Notes under the pieces: model-generated
Databases searched by the model: none
What the model saw: the letters and a program-made list of their open reading frames with translations, nothing else
Told to the model about the DNA's origin: nothing
Made by a program: the position numbers and the translations under genes
Shown: positions 36,450 through 50,607 of the stretch, piece after piece
Position numbering within the stretch: position 1 is the first letter of the stretch
How the letters are laid out: the number at the start of each line of letters is the position of its first letter
Assembly (NCBI GenBank): GCA_964234715.1
Contig: OZ174282.1
Source of the DNA: Podarcis melisellensis
Lineage: Eukaryota
Strand: one strand, 5' to 3'
Length of the DNA stretch: 64,000 nucleotides

Positions 36450-37449
36450 TTCTCTTCGCTGTTGCTACAACAGACCTGGCGAAGGAGCGACTACCCCTGG
36501 CAGCGGGATGAGGAAGTCCAAAACTCCAAGCCCATCCCGTCTGTGTGCTAATGGTTAACCTGACCGCCCACGTGGGAGCCTGCGAGTTAACAGAACATGC
36601 CTTTTATCATCCTCAGCCCGCCGGTGCACAAGGCAGCACCACGCTCAAATATAGCCACAAACAGTTTTCTTTCAGCTCCCAACCTGAAGAACAAGTTCCC
36701 GTTTGTTTGAAAACAAGAGAGAGCGAGAGGCAGAATGAAGTCCACCTAAGGCCGGTAAACTCCCTCTGCTTGCCTTTGGCCTCCTCCTCCTCCGTCAGAA
36801 CTTGTTACCTTGGAGCTGTTGGAACAAGGACGATAAAAAGTTGCTTTGTAATCTCCGGGCCCTCCTTATGCAAAATATACATGGGAGGAGCTTTTGCTTT
36901 CTCTCTCTCTCTTTTGAGATTTCTACATGGGAGACACCGTGTATGCACAGGAGACAGAAGCATTGAAGCTGCACTCTCTGTCCAATGAAAAAGAGTGAAA
37001 ACTGAGGTATGTGCTCTGTACATTTCTCTCTCTCCCCACCCCGCCACCAATTTCTCCCTAGATGTCTTTTGGTTTTTGTACTGCTAGCACTTCTTCCCCT
37101 CTTTGAAGAGAAAGCGAGTTTGGCAACCTCTAACAAGCTCCTACAGGAACAGCTCGGTAGCGTTTATGGTTGCAACAGAACCTTCTGTCTCTGGCCTTTG
37201 CTCTTTATCTGGAAACGTAATGAAACACAGAATGCAGTACGACAAGGAGCTGAAAACATCATCGCTTTGGGTTCTCTAACTTGAAGAAGACCGAGGAGTT
37301 CCACTTGGGTGGATCCTTCCCTTCTTAAACGCGCTTGCTTCCTTCTCCTCAAAGAGGATCTCTGATGTGCTGTTGCTTTCCCGGGGAGTCCTCTGAAGCA
37401 TTTGGGTTCATGGCAACCCTTTAAACCAAAAGCTAGAGAGAGAGATTAG
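36450..37449 (+). promoter_or_regulatory. Probable PLCH2 distal promoter and non-coding first exon; 5' boundary approximate
   Basis: Repeat-free, CpG-enriched stretch ending at a strong donor TAG|GTAAGA (37450). Position fits PEX10-PLCH2 synteny. Confidence 0.5.
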
Positions 37450-38138
37450 GTAAGACATAACTTTTTTATCAGTAGATCTTCTGATGACTTGCTTGTTTGA
37501 GTCCTAAGTTGCTGGCCTTCAAGGTGCCCAAAGGAAGGAAAGTCTGGACAGCACTTGCTAAGGGGACGGGAACCTGTTTAAACTGGTAACAGGAGAATCG
37601 ATGCTGGTGTGGTTCTGCAGGGTCAGGCGAGCTGGTGTGATTTTGCAGGGTGAGCCCCTGAATGCAGCCAAAAGGGAAATCAAATGGCACATGGGCGCCA
37701 ATATGGTGTGGTTGCTGACCATTTGGCATGGATCAGGGACATCTGGCCTCGTGTCTATTTGGCCACAAAACTTGCTGGGCAACTTTGGCACCAGCTCTCT
37801 TTCAGGGTACCCATTCTTGCAGGGCTGTTGTGCAGATGAAATGGAGAGAGGAGCCATGTGTGCCACCCAAAGCTCCTTGGAGGAAGGGCAGGATATAAAT
37901 ACTGTTTACATATTGCTTTGGCGAAGTGAGACTAGGGCATACGTTTAAAGCAGACCGCTTCCCCCCTGTAAACTGTAGTCTCCCCCCCAGAGCTACAGTT
38001 CCCAGTACCTTTGAAAAAACTATGGTTCCCAGGATTCTTTTTGGGGAAGTAATGTGGTTTTTTTAGTGTGTTGTGTTCACGTAGCCCAGAATGCAGGTTA
38101 GGTTCCTAGGACACTTTCTCATGTTCTGCCCCTAATAG

Positions 38139-38418
38139 CATAGAAACATAGAGTTGGAAGGGACCTTGAGGACCATCTAATCCAGGCATAGGCAAACTCA
38201 GGCCCTCCAGATATTCTGAAACTACAATTCCCATCATCCCTAGCTAACAGGACCAGTGCTCAGGAATGATGGGAATTGTAGTCTCAAAACATCTGCAGGG
38301 CCGGAGTTTGCCTGATCTAACCCAACTTCCTACAATGCAGGAATATGCAGCTGTCACATATGGGAGTCAAACCTGCAACCTTGGTGTTATCAGCACACAC
38401 TGTAACCATCTCAGCTAA
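38139..38418 (-). mobile_element. SINE with tRNA-Ile-like head and CR1 3' tail, split by a hAT MITE at 38183-38314
   Basis: Minus strand TAGCTGAGATGGTTACAGTGTGTGCTGATAACACCAAGGTTGCAGGTTTGACTCCC, then the CR1 tail; MITE TSD ATCTAATC/ATCTAACC. Confidence 0.7.
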
Positions 38419-39767
38419 GTTCCCCTTATCCACCCACTGCCACCCACTAGTTTTTCCCATTAAATTAACTTCCTCCTGGAATGATTTGTAGATTAGAATT
38501 TTCTCATTCTGGGAGTCTGGTATTGTGCCATTTATTTTTTTTATTTAGTGCTGATGATATTTAAAGGGGAGTGGGGGCAATAGCAAAATGGTGGCATATT
38601 TGCTGTGACCTATTAAAAGTTTCCATGTTGATTTTTGTGTGTGTGCGTGCCAGATATGTGCCTGGCTAAGTTAGGGTGGGGAAGAGAAAAGATGGGAGAT
38701 CTGCAGAGCACAGCAGCAGAACAGATTATTTGTATGTAGAAGGTCTCTGGTTCATATTCCGTAGTTCATAAACTGTAGCAAAATATGTTTATGAAAGCTT
38801 TTTTTTTTTTTAGATAAAGGCGCATTTTGTAAATTCAAAGATGTGTATTTAAATGTGAATTTTCACGATCTTTTAGAGAGGGAAAAAAACCCCAGATTAA
38901 TGCAGAGCAGGGTGAAACAGACCTATGAATGACATGAGTGACACTGACAGGAAACAAACTGATTCATCCATCCCTTGAAATGGTTTTGTCTCTATAAAGA
39001 ATAGATCTGTGTCTCTGGTGTTCCACGTCTGACCTCGAGGCCTTTTTGCCTCAGGGCACCTTATTTACCTTGCTCTCCTGTTTTAATAGCATGGTGCTTA
39101 CTGCTGGCCCGGCTTCTTGCCAAAACGTGTCATTGGAAAGAATGGAGAGCAAACCACTCTGCAGCTGTTTACTGAATAAACAGCTTGTCGGATGCCTATC
39201 TTGTGTTTTCTGATCCAGCTTTGATTGTGTTTGTGGAGCTGGGCATGGGGGAAGTGGCTTGACTGAACCGAAGGCGTGTTGCATGAAGAACAGTGGTGAA
39301 GCTTCCTTTATTTAGAACATTCATTAAGCACAAGGACCAGAAACTCAGGAGTCCTAGCCTCTACTGAGCACCTTCAGAGCTTGTGTGTGTGTGTGGATTG
39401 CCCCAGATTTTGGCAAACCAGTTCACATAAAACGTGGCCCTTAGCATGAGCAGGAATCATAATTAGACCAAAGGGGAAACTGGAGAATCTCCCTTGCAAG
39501 GAAAGGCTACATCAAGTGACACACTTTAGTGGGTGGCTCCCCGGATCTGGCCACTGCTGGTAGATAAGCCATTTAGAAGCCTATTTTATAATAGCCTATG
39601 ATCAGTGGTGGCTGGTGCCCTTTGGGCTTCAAAGGGCAGAAGGCAGGGAGAGCAACAGGAGGTGAAGGCAGAGCTAATAACAGGCATAACGACCCCCTTC
39701 ATTGATTATATGTGAGAAAAGCAGGGCAGGTGGGAGCTAGCTGAGGGCAGACTGAGGTTGGTAGAGC

Positions 39768-40319
39768 TGCTTCTTCTTTGGCCATCACTCGTAGCAGAAT
39801 AAGATTGCCTTCCATAAACACGGTTTTAACAGTGAATCCGTAAGTGACTGTGGAGGCCAATTTTGGATCCACACGTCCTTCCACAGTGGGGACATAGGTT
39901 TCTGGGTGGGAGTTGATCACTGTGAGGGTTTGCCAAGCGTGCCTTCCTCCTAGCACGTTTCTCCCTTTCATCCTGAGTTCAAGCATCTTCAAAGCCCATG
40001 ACACCTTTGGTAAAGGCTGTTCTCCAACTGGAGAGCTCGCAGGCCTGTGTTTCCCAATTGTCTGTGTTTATACTACATTTTTAAAGATTTGCCTTGAGAC
40101 AGTCTTTAAATCTCTTTTGTTGACCACCAGCATTACGCTTTCCATTTTAAAGTTTGGAATAGAGTAGTTGCTTTGGAAGATGATAATCAGGCATCTGCAC
40201 AACATGACCAGTCCAACGAAGTTGATGTTGAAGAATCATTGCTTCAACACTGGTGATCTTTGCTTCTTCCACTACACTGGCATTAGTTTGCCTGTCTTCC
40301 CAAGTGATATGTAAAACAG
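39768..40319 (-). mobile_element. RTE-clade LINE 3' fragment
   Basis: Degenerate WEDRQTNASV...QLRWTGHVV...LPKQLLYS...GGQQKRFKD and a terminal CPHCGRTC...HLRIH finger; (AAG)n tail; GGTAGAGC on both flanks. Confidence 0.85.
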
Positions 40320-40359
40320 GGTAGAGCAGTGCCCTGTTTACTCTAATGAAATGGCTTCC

Positions 40360-40360
<1 letters not shown>

Positions 40361-40437
<77 letters not shown>
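40361..40437. repeat. (CTG)n(TAA)n compound microsatellite
   Basis: Directly visible. Confidence 0.95.
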
Positions 40438-40438
<1 letters not shown>

Positions 40439-41092
40439 GTGTTGGAGGGCTAGCTGGGGACCCAACTGTGCATCATGCTGTGGATCAATGCTCTTAAGAA
40501 GCATGGACAGGATTTCAGATGTAATGCTTATTCACATGCCCTTAATTGGATGGATGTTGGGAACAATTTGTATTCACCACCAGTGAGCAGATGTGACTTC
40601 CAGAGGCCCAGGAGATGGCCCTGAAACTCGATTCATTAATCAATGTATTAATAGGAAAGGCATTCACTGAATGAATGAATGAATGAATGAGCATTTCTAG
40701 GATGGTTCACATAAAAAGAGAGATACGTTATATAAAAGAGCAATCAATGAACGAGCTGAACAAAGAACATCGGCTTGAAATACCACATTAAGCTCAGGAA
40801 AGTCAAGCTGGGGGAAATGAAAATGGTCTTTGCTTGAAAGGCCCCAATGTAGATTCTGTGTGAGAGGAAAGCATTGCACAAATGGGAACCCAGCTTGTAA
40901 CCTAGGGGTTCCTAAACTGTGGTCCATGAGTGTCAGTCAAGTGGTCCATGGTGTGTCCACATTAAATATTCATCTTGATTTAAACTGTATTTGTACTGCT
41001 TCTTTTATTTCTTATATTGTATTGTATTTTATTGTACTGCAGTTTGAATTCTATGGAGCACAAATTGCAATATAGTAAAATGCAAAGTAATT

Positions 41093-41425
41093 GGGATGTG
41101 GGTGGTGCTGTGGTCTAAACCACTGAGCTTCTTGGACTTGCCGATCAGAAGGTCGGCGGTTCGAATCCCCGCGATGGGGTGAGCTCCTGTTGTTTGGTTC
41201 CAGCTCTTGCCAACCTAGCAGTTCGAAAGCACACCAAAGTGCAAGTAGATAAATAGGTACCACTCCGGCGGGAAGGTAAACGGTGTTTCCGTGCGCTGCT
41301 CCGGTTTCGCCAGAAGCAGCTTAGTCATGCTGGCCACATGACCTGGAAAAACTGTTTGCAGACAAAGGCTGGCTCCCTCGGTCAGTAAAGTGAGATGAGC
41401 GCTGTAATCCCAGAGTCGTGGACAT
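41093..41425 (+). mobile_element. Sauria SINE, tail missing
   Basis: Same head and body as the other copies. Confidence 0.88.
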
Positions 41426-43108
41426 GAACTCTCAAAATGTCCTTTTGTGCCCATAGGACCAGAGCTCTGTCCTCGTGCTCAGCTTCCCTGGAGCCTGAGG
41501 AGTTGGGCACCTCCCACAAGACTTCACTGGTCCAATGGCACAGGGAGAAAACTAGGAGGGAACCCATTAGAGAGAGGATGAGTGACCATCTTCAGGCCAG
41601 AGAGATGACCCTTTAAGAATCCACCGCTATCAACATGCGGATGGAGGTTCCAAAAGGCTTGGGGCTTCTGCACACTCTTCTGCTCTTTTCATGCATGATC
41701 TGTGCTTTAAAGCTCTGTGTCTGGGTGACCTCCCCCCCGGCTTTCCCTGCAAAAACCCACTCCTTAAAGCTAAGAGCAAATAGCAGTCAACAGAAAACCC
41801 AAATTGATGCTTGTTCCAATTGAGTGCTAAAGAGCAGGTTTTCGTGGGGAAAACTTTGGGGGCACAAAGCACTAATGCTCGGACACAGAACTTTTAAGCG
41901 CGGACCTGTACCTAAAAGAGCAGCGCAAAAGATGAGTGTGGATAAGCCCTTGGTCTGTTCTCAACCTTTGTGGGAGCAAATTGCACCCTTGGTGCTATCC
42001 GTGGTCCTGCAACTTTTGAGCCCTCCTGCCACACAGTTTCTGGCATCAGACTTGTTGTTTGTTTTTTTTAAAGGAGATGCAGCTGTGCAGAGCCTTAATC
42101 TGGAATGTGTTCCCAATCTGGAGAGAAGCCACACACCAGTTTCCCATCCGAAATCCACCCTCATTCCTGTCTCCTAGTGTCTGAGTACAGGCATTCCTCA
42201 CCCCCTTAACACGGGGGTTATGATCCGGGTTCCTGTGCACTTAAATGAAATTGTGTAAAGTAGGGAACACCCTCTAAGCACTCTTCAAATGCTCTCTCTG
42301 CTATGCTCTCTTCAATCCATATCAAGTTGGTAGCCATATTGGTGGGGTTGTCTGCAGTCCCTTTTGGCTTCCTTACGACTTCCCACAAGTACCAGCTGGC
42401 CAACAGGCCCAGCTACATCTTCTCCACCAATCAGACACCAAGAGGATGTACCTAGAACCTGAAATGACCCTACAGCTTCCCCCTTCAGTATAAGAAGCCT
42501 CAGTGCTGCTAGCCCCAGTTTTGTCAGTGAATAACCAAGCTTCAAAGGAAGAAGCTGCTGGATCAGGCTGATGGCCCAGCTAGCCCAGCATCATGTTCTC
42601 ACAACGGCCAACCAGATGACTTTGGGAAGCCCACAAACACCTAAGCACAACCACGCTCTCCTCACTTGAGCATCTGAGAGTTAAATTCGAAATTCCTGCA
42701 GCTGGCTAAGTTTAGGTGAAGTTGAGTAAACACAATCTTCCCTGATGTTGTTATCGTCAAGCATTATAATTTGGACCTGAAAAGGCTTCTGTGTTATCAT
42801 AAGACTTGAGCATAAAGACTTGATTATATATTCTTTCCTTAAGTTTTTGTTTTGTTTTGGAACGGCTGGCACAATCTGTATGTAAATGTTTCTCAAAGCT
42901 CGTAGGACCGTAATGGGTTTGTTTTCTTAAAGGAGAAAACCTACTGCATCACCCTGGCATAATTGAACGTGGAGAGGAGATCAGAATTAAGAGCAGCTGC
43001 CTTCAATAGATTGCTGTAGGGTGGGGAAAGAGAACAAAGTATGGTAGTTTGTTTTTGGTAACTTGCATTTTTATGGCTGAAGGGGCCCATGTGAAGTAGT
43101 ATACAGGA

Positions 43109-43139
43109 AGTCTAGTCTAGTCTAGTCTAGTCTAGTCTA
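43109..43139. repeat. (AGTCT)6 pentanucleotide repeat
   Basis: Directly visible. Confidence 0.9.
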
Positions 43140-46114
43140 TATTACACTTGTATCCAACCCTTCCTCACAAAGGAGCCCCAGAAGGTAGACATATCAACAG
43201 AAGAAAGTCTAGGAACTGTAGTGCATGCAGGAAACTAGACACACCCAACAGATATTCCACTGTGGGTGTTAGTAAGAATGCCTCTTGTAAAATGGCCTTT
43301 CCCTTAGTCCAAGCTTTCCCATATGAGAGCAACTTGTGTGTGTTTGAGTAACTGGAAAAATGTGACACCACACCTACAGTTGGGGTGGGTGGGTTGGTTA
43401 TTGATTTCAGAACGAGTAATCCCTGTGAACATCAACAGATGGCCACTCTTACCTATGGGCCTCTGCCTTGGTTACATTTGCCACGTTTTGCTACTGTAAA
43501 TTTCTCGAGGTGCATTGTGTCAAAGTGGCTGGAGAGGTGAACATCTGCTTCTGTGTTCTCATGCTGTTAATTTGTATTCTGGTTTGAGAGAATGATTGGC
43601 TGGTTGGTTAGTTTCCCTCCCAACCCCCAAATTGTAGCTGGCCCTGTATTTACATATGTGGACGCCAAGTGGTTCAGCTCTGTGGTTAGCGGGCTGTGGC
43701 TATGAGAAAAGATAATGTGTTGTTACGGAGAAAACATGCTTTACATTAAAGGGAGCGCTTTTGTAAAAAAATGTGCAGGACAAGTGTGTTTATTTTAACA
43801 GTTTATATGTGCTGAACTTGCTCATGCTGCTCTATGGGATGGGTTAGCATCTGGCTTGCAGGTGTCACTGAGTCAGTGCTACGGATGTCCTCAAGCAACC
43901 TTGGTTGATAAACCTCACAAACAAATTCAGAAACATAAAGGCATCTAAAGGGGCTTCTCTTCTTAAAAATAGCTCTATTGATCTGACTCTTAGAGCAGTG
44001 GTTTGGGAAGTATCTTAAACTATTTAAGATTCAGCTTTTAAAAACACACCTGGCCTGGTGCAATGTTGCAATTGATAACCTTTTCTTTTTCTTCTTCCAT
44101 GAATTGGTCTAAACACCCTTTCAAAGGTGCCTAAAAGTTGGTGGTCATCACATCATTTTTGGTAGTACAGTCGTACCTTGGTTTTCGAACAGCTTAGTTC
44201 TCAAACGTTTTGGCTTCCGAACGCTCCAAGTGTGTGTCCTGGTTTGCAAACTATTTTTGGAAGCCAAAGGTCCGACGCGGCTTCCTCAGCTTCTGATTGG
44301 CTTTCAAAGTATGTTGTTTGGTTTGGATCTCACGACTTCTGATGTGCTTCTTCATCTCATAACTTGCATATGCCATGTGGTTTCCCTTCCTTCCCCCGCT
44401 GCTTCTGTACATGCTATGAATTGCTAATTTACTATGAGAAGATAAGCCGGAGCCGCTCTAAGTCCCTACTAGCCTCTATACGGCAAATGTTGAAACACAA
44501 AATGGACATCTTTACACACAAGTCTCCTAACATTTTCTTTCCACTGATGAAAGAGCAATTGTCTGTTGGGCTGCTGCTGGGTAATTAGATATGCCTCTAC
44601 ATCTTTGTTGGTTGGGACACAAAGGCCTCATTCCTCTTCCCCCAGGCACTGTTGCCTGCAGTCAAGATGGAAAGCTGTGTTTTGAACATGGTTGGTAAGT
44701 TGTGCCATTTTTAGGGGGTGAAAAACAATGGCATTAAGGAGAGGTAGGGAAGTATATAGAGCTTTTCATACAAAAGGCCCCAGGTTCAGTTCCTGTTATC
44801 TTCAAGTAAGGCTGGGAGAGACTCCCTTTCAGAAATCCTGGGGAGCTGCTGCCAGTCAGTGCTAGATAGACAAATGTTCAGCTTCCCCTGTTCCTAGGTG
44901 ATGCGGGCAGGAGCTCATCACCCTATCAACAAAGTAACAGATACCAAGACAGGAGGAGCTCCATCCATCTTAGGAGGTGATGGAGATGTGCTCCCCTTCT
45001 TGTGGGATATATAGCAGCTATGAAGGATTTAGGAAGGAAGCAGGAAGCAAGCCTCAGCCAAGAGGGAGGAAGGGCGGGATAAAAATCAAATCAAATCAAT
45101 CAATCAATCAATCAATCTTTTAATTATTTATTTAAGGGCTGGAGGCAGCTGGGCCAGAGAGGCTTCTGCTAGTGCTCAGCTGGGTGTTTGAAAGCTGAGC
45201 TGAGGAGGAAGAGAGCTCCCCTCTTGACAGAACCACGTGTCCTGCATTCTCTTGTCAAATCCTTCTGCTACTCCTTTCACTTGACTTTGAGATTCTATTG
45301 TCACTTGTTCGTAAACATTTTTCATTTTGGGGGTGGGGGATTCCCAAGTGGTGAGTTCAAGTCAACACGCTCTTTTTATTTCTCTCTCTCTCCTCCCACC
45401 CTGTCCCAGTTCTGAAGCTTAGCTGACCCCTTGACATTTGTTGGAAGCTGCCCAGAGTGTCTGGGGCAAGCCCCCCAGATGGGCAGGGTACAAATAATAA
45501 GCCCCCCTTATTGTTGTTATAAGCCCCCTTATCGCCCCTGCAGCAGCTGCCTACAACTCCTCCCTATCCCTGGGCCTTTTGTGATGTTTCAAAATCCAGC
45601 ATTTGCTTTTCCTTGGAGACCAAATAAGAAGCTTTTATTTTTTCTGGGGATGGCAAGAATTGGGAGTTGGTATAACGATCTCTCTCCACCCACCCCTGGT
45701 GCTTAGAGAACTCCTATTGTTACAACTTGGCTCCAACCCCCCGTTTGGAAAACACGGCTGTTTGGGATGGGCGCTTGAACTGCAATACTTCATTCCGATG
45801 GAATCTCCTGCATGAGAACAAACCCTTAAGCAAACAGTTGACTGTGCTGACAAATCCCTTGGGATTTGCCCTTCCCCGTCCCTGCCTCCTTCTGTGGCAT
45901 CCTAGGTAGGCAGATGCACACCTGGAGATACAGGCAAGATGTGGGTGCAGAATAGGGACTGGGGGGGAAGGGAAGAAATTCAATCCAGCCCACATTTTAA
46001 TGGTGAACCCACCCCATGCACATGTCCTGAAACAGTATGCAAACTGAAAAACAGCTATCCTTTGAAATTTGCACTCACAACATTGTGAAGAGTTAGCAGG
46101 GCAGGATACTAATA

Positions 46115-46329
46115 CAGTGGTACCTTGGGTTACAGACGCTTCAGGTTACAGACTCCGCTAACCCAGAAATAGTACCTCGGGTTAAGAACTTTGCTTCAGG
46201 ATGAGAACAGAAATCGTGTGGTGGCACAGGGAGGCCCCATTAGCTAAAGTGGTACCTCGGGTTAAGAACAGTTTCAGGTTAAGAACAGACCTCCAGAACG
46301 AATTAAGTTCTTAACCCGAGGTACCACTG
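46115..46329. mobile_element. Tc1/mariner MITE, same family
   Basis: CAGTGGTACCT TIRs, TA TSD. Confidence 0.88.
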
Positions 46330-47421
46330 TATTTAAATAAATTAATACTATATTGGGGCAGGGGGGATTGTGAGAGATTTAGGTGGCAGTTTACACCTGG
46401 AGTCAACCCTGGGCTAGAACTTTGGAAAGGGAGAGGAGGTTTGCTTCTTGATGAGCAACTGGGAAGACTCTTGCCTGCATACTTTCTCTCCGGTCTCTCC
46501 ACAACTGAAAGGGACTAGAGATTGTAAGAAGAGTTGAGAATTAAAGGAAAGGTCCCTAAGATAAACCGAAATAGGTCACCCCTCAGGAGTCCACCTTTTT
46601 GTTACAACATCAGTTCTATAGCCCTGATTCTTCCGAAGAACTCTGTGACTGTTGAGAGTTCTGTTTAAGAAGCTGCTATCCTTTTCACTGCATAATAAAA
46701 GCTCTCCCACAGAGACATAACAGGCAAAAGAAGTGTAGTGTAGATAATAAAAAGGTAGCCATCATATATATTTTTTTAAAAAGATAAAGAACATATTTAT
46801 GAAATGCCCGAATGAGCAATACTGATGCATTTTTGTTTTGTTCACAGGTGTGCAACTCGACCCAGGGGAAAGGGGAAAAAGAAGAACAATCCTTTGCATT
46901 TAAATACCCAGTGAACACACACAGTACTCAAAGGCCCCTGGTTTGGAAGACAATGACAATGTGACCTTTTGTTACTGCCCATGAGTTTTCACCCTCCTAA
47001 GAGGAAGATCGTGGCAGAGAATAGCACTGACGAAAGACACTGGGCTTGTTGAATCCTGGGCTGCTGATATTTTGAAGGAAGCTTTTATCCAGCTGTTGGG
47101 AGACCGCCTTTCACTTAGCTTCAGGAGAACCAATTGCTCAGTGTGCAGAAAATCCCTGGTTCCCTCTCTGATATCTTCAATTAGAAGTCTTTCTGATACA
47201 GGGTCAGGAAATACCAGAACAGACAATACTGGGCTTAATTGGACCAATGGGCATGAAATAGCTTTCTAAAATCAATCCCAGTGGATTATGTTACTGCTAG
47301 AACTGATTTTCATATACCTGAAGTTTCCTGGTGGTGTCTCCTGACAACTGCATACACTCACATCTTGAACGGGTTGAGAAAGACGAGGTCTTCTGCTTTG
47401 CTTCTGGCAACTCTGGAAGCC

Positions 47422-47509
47422 ATGCTGGCTGATTTGGGGCAACCGGAAGATTCCTTGTCAGGAAGCATAAACTGCCAGCATTTCCTTTCCACGAATATCA
47501 TCACAGTAG
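47422..47509 (+). CDS. PLCH2: PLCH2 (phospholipase C eta 2) alternative first coding exon MLADLGQPEDSLSGSINCQHFLSTNIITV
   Basis: Kozak-like gccATG and a phase-1 donor G|GTAAGT. Resembles, from memory, the mammalian PLCH2 isoform N-terminus ...PED...FLSANILPV that splices to the VERCM exon. Synteny supports it. Likely acceptor ttcacAG at 46846-46847. Confidence 0.7.
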
Positions 47510-50273
47510 GTAAGTCAAACAGAGCTTTCTGTTGTATGCCTATAAACTACCACTTGTCTGTGGAGAAGCAAAGACTGCTTCCAGAACTTATTTATGTGTA
47601 GATTGGGTTGCCTCCTGCCATGTTCAGGTTGTCAAAGTGCCACAAATGACTTGTGTTAGTGTTCTGAGGGCTGATGGAGGGGTGATGCTGGTAATAATTT
47701 TAACTACATCTGGGCTATCGACTTCTGTGGACATAATTGTAAAGCTGTTGCATTATACACTGTGGTTTTGTTTAGTTCTTGATTTTGGAGCTGGAAGGGG
47801 AACATTTCGTTCTGCTGTTGCACAAGAGGTTCCGTGGCGCTTTCTGTTTCCAGAAGAGATTCCGTAAGCTTGGGGGGCAAGTGGAAGAACAATGCTGCAT
47901 TTGGCTTTAATTTTCTTTCTTGGTGCTCTATAGCACAAGGTATGAAATAGCACAGAAGATTCATTTTTCCACATGTGGAACTTTGTCTGTTTTTGGACTA
48001 CAGTTCCCACCATCACTGACCACTGGTCCTGCTAGCTAGGGATGATGGGTAGTTGTAGTCCAATAACAGCTGGAGAACCAAGGCCTTAACTCTGCGTCCT
48101 TTTGCCTTACAAGCTGCAGCTGACTGATGTGAGATTGGGCCTTCTCAGATTAGATGCCCAGGTTGTGGAAAGACCCCTCCAGACATCCTTTTTATGGGTG
48201 ATTTGTGCTCATTGATGGTGTTGGAGTGGTCATATGTGATCTTGTTTTCAAAACTGTTTGCACCTGCAAAAGTTTCAAGGTGGACATGCTGCTTTCTTCC
48301 CAGTTTGTGCATGTCCTCCAACTTGCTTCAGAAATCTTGTAAGCATTCCAAGTTTTTTCCCTTGTTCTTTTGTTGTGCTGTAGTGCAAAAGTGGTCCTCT
48401 GGACAGCAGTAATATTGGTAACATTGGCGAATGATCACAGAACAACCAGTGAAGTGGAATGACGTGTGGATGGTCCCTTTTGAGTTTTAGATGAGCTGCT
48501 ATGACTTCTTTTTGCCTGTTCTGACTGTGGGCACAGAATAATTTTAACCCCACCCCTCTTTAGCTGATTGGGAGTGTTTTCACTGATCCCATCTTGCACT
48601 TGGTTTTGATTGCAATTTTACTTATTTTTGGACTATACTTCTTATCAGACATGTATTCATTATGTTAAGCTGCCTTTGGGATGGCAATTTAGGGCCTGAA
48701 AAGCAGAGTGTAAAAAGAAACAGGTGGGAACTGCAAGAAAAGGCTGCAACATGGAATGCTCTTCCGTGATATTCCATTCTCCCTCCCTGTTGGTTCGCTG
48801 TCTGAATGTACTTAGTCCTGTATGGGCTGCTTTGGTTTTTTTTTAATAAAAATTTCTGCTTCTGCATCTCTAAGGTTCGCCCAACCTTGCTGGTATCTCC
48901 CTCTTGTACATGCTTGCTGCAGTTTTGGATTGTGCAACTCACGCTGGAAACAGAAGGAATGATCTCACTCAATAGAGTGTGTTCTTATATAGAGTTGTAT
49001 CCAGTGCTCATCCAGCTCTTGGCAAACCCATTAATGGCTGTGGCAAATGAGACTCATTACATTCACTCTGTGTAGGACTGAGTTGGATACAACCCACAGG
49101 TGTTTGTCTGTTTTTTTGTTCTTTTGCTTGCCTGATTAATGCATGGAGGCTATGATTTGTCTTGTGTTTCCAGACTAGTAGGTAGTAGTTTAGAGACTTT
49201 TTCTTACAGAGTGCATAAGAATGGGAGCATATCTCTTCAGGGGGTTGCCTATATAAACTGCTTTGGCCTATATGTGAGTGGACCTCAAGCTTGCTACCAA
49301 CACTATAGGGTATTCATGCACCCACCCTTTCCTCCTGAGCTACATTCTGCCCGACTCCACCTTTCCTAGCGACTGACTGAGGCATCTTTTATTAGAGTGG
49401 ATACAATATACAACCCTACATAACAACAATTTTTATGTATGTCCACAGTGCTGTACAACGCTCCTATTGCTATCCAAGAAATCTGTTTTTGCTTGATTCT
49501 GTATGCGCGCGCGCACACACACACACGTCTCCAGATGTTTGCAATAGGCTGACACAAAAATGTGAATTGCAAGCCACTTGCCTTAGGATTTAATAACCAT
49601 TTAGTGCAGTCCTAACTATATCTACTCTGAAGTAAACCACATGGTGTTCCTCCCACATAAGAGGGTACAGGATTGTAATCTTATTCTTAGTTTCATGACA
49701 AGATTTGTGCCCAGTTCATTTCTGGTGTCCAGACTCTACGGCTGGATCTAATGGCCTTTTCAGATTAGAAGCTGGAGGTATTCTTCTGCCCTGTAGCTCT
49801 GTAACCACGACTGCTCCTTGGTTTGTTGGGTTCCTATCCCCATAGAGTCCTCTACTTGATATCCTTTGGACAGAGAAATTTAGCCGAAAACAGCAGCGTT
49901 CATTAGCCTTGTCAAAGCCTGCAAGTCTGAGAAATGTAGAGGATCTGATTTAAAATGCTGTTTCTCTCCCTGAAATGGTGAATATGTTGATCTGGACACC
50001 ATGGTTCTAAAAAATGGGGGACATGCTGCATAAGTACTTTTTTTGGAAAAGGGAAATTGTACGCTGAAAGTTGTATGTTATTTCACCAGCAAATCTAGCA
50101 ATCTCAGCACCTCTGATCCATAACCCAGCTTCCTGGCATGCTACCTTTCTGTGGGCAGATTTTCATCTATGTTCAACCATGCAGCCTTCCAGCACTCCAG
50201 TGTAATGCTTTTTGAAATTGCATTCCTGAACTTGGCTCTGAGTTCATATTCTGAGTTCATATTCTGTGCAAAG

Positions 50274-50274
<1 letters not shown>

Positions 50275-50331
<57 letters not shown>
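50275..50331. repeat. (CT)n microsatellite
   Basis: Directly visible. Confidence 0.95.
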
Positions 50332-50333
<2 letters not shown>

Positions 50334-50607
50334 GTCGTACCTCAGAAGTCAAATGGAATAAGTTCCGGAAGTCTGTTCAATTTCCAAAACATTCAGAAAC
50401 CAAAGCACAGCTTCCGATTGGCTGCAGGAAGCTCCTGCAGACAATTGGAAGCTGGCTTCCAAAAATAGTTCACAAACTGGAACAGTCACTTTTGGTTTTG
50501 TGATGCTTGGGAGCCAAAACGTTTGGGAACTAAGCTGTTCCAAAACCAAGATACGTACGACTGTACTATATCTATCTGTCTGTCTGTCTGTCTATTGGAG
50601 GTGTTGA

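Noticed and set aside
42340-42530. CCAAT plus TATA-like pair suggesting an LTR or promoter
   Set aside because: No TG...CA boundaries, TSD or downstream exon could be identified.
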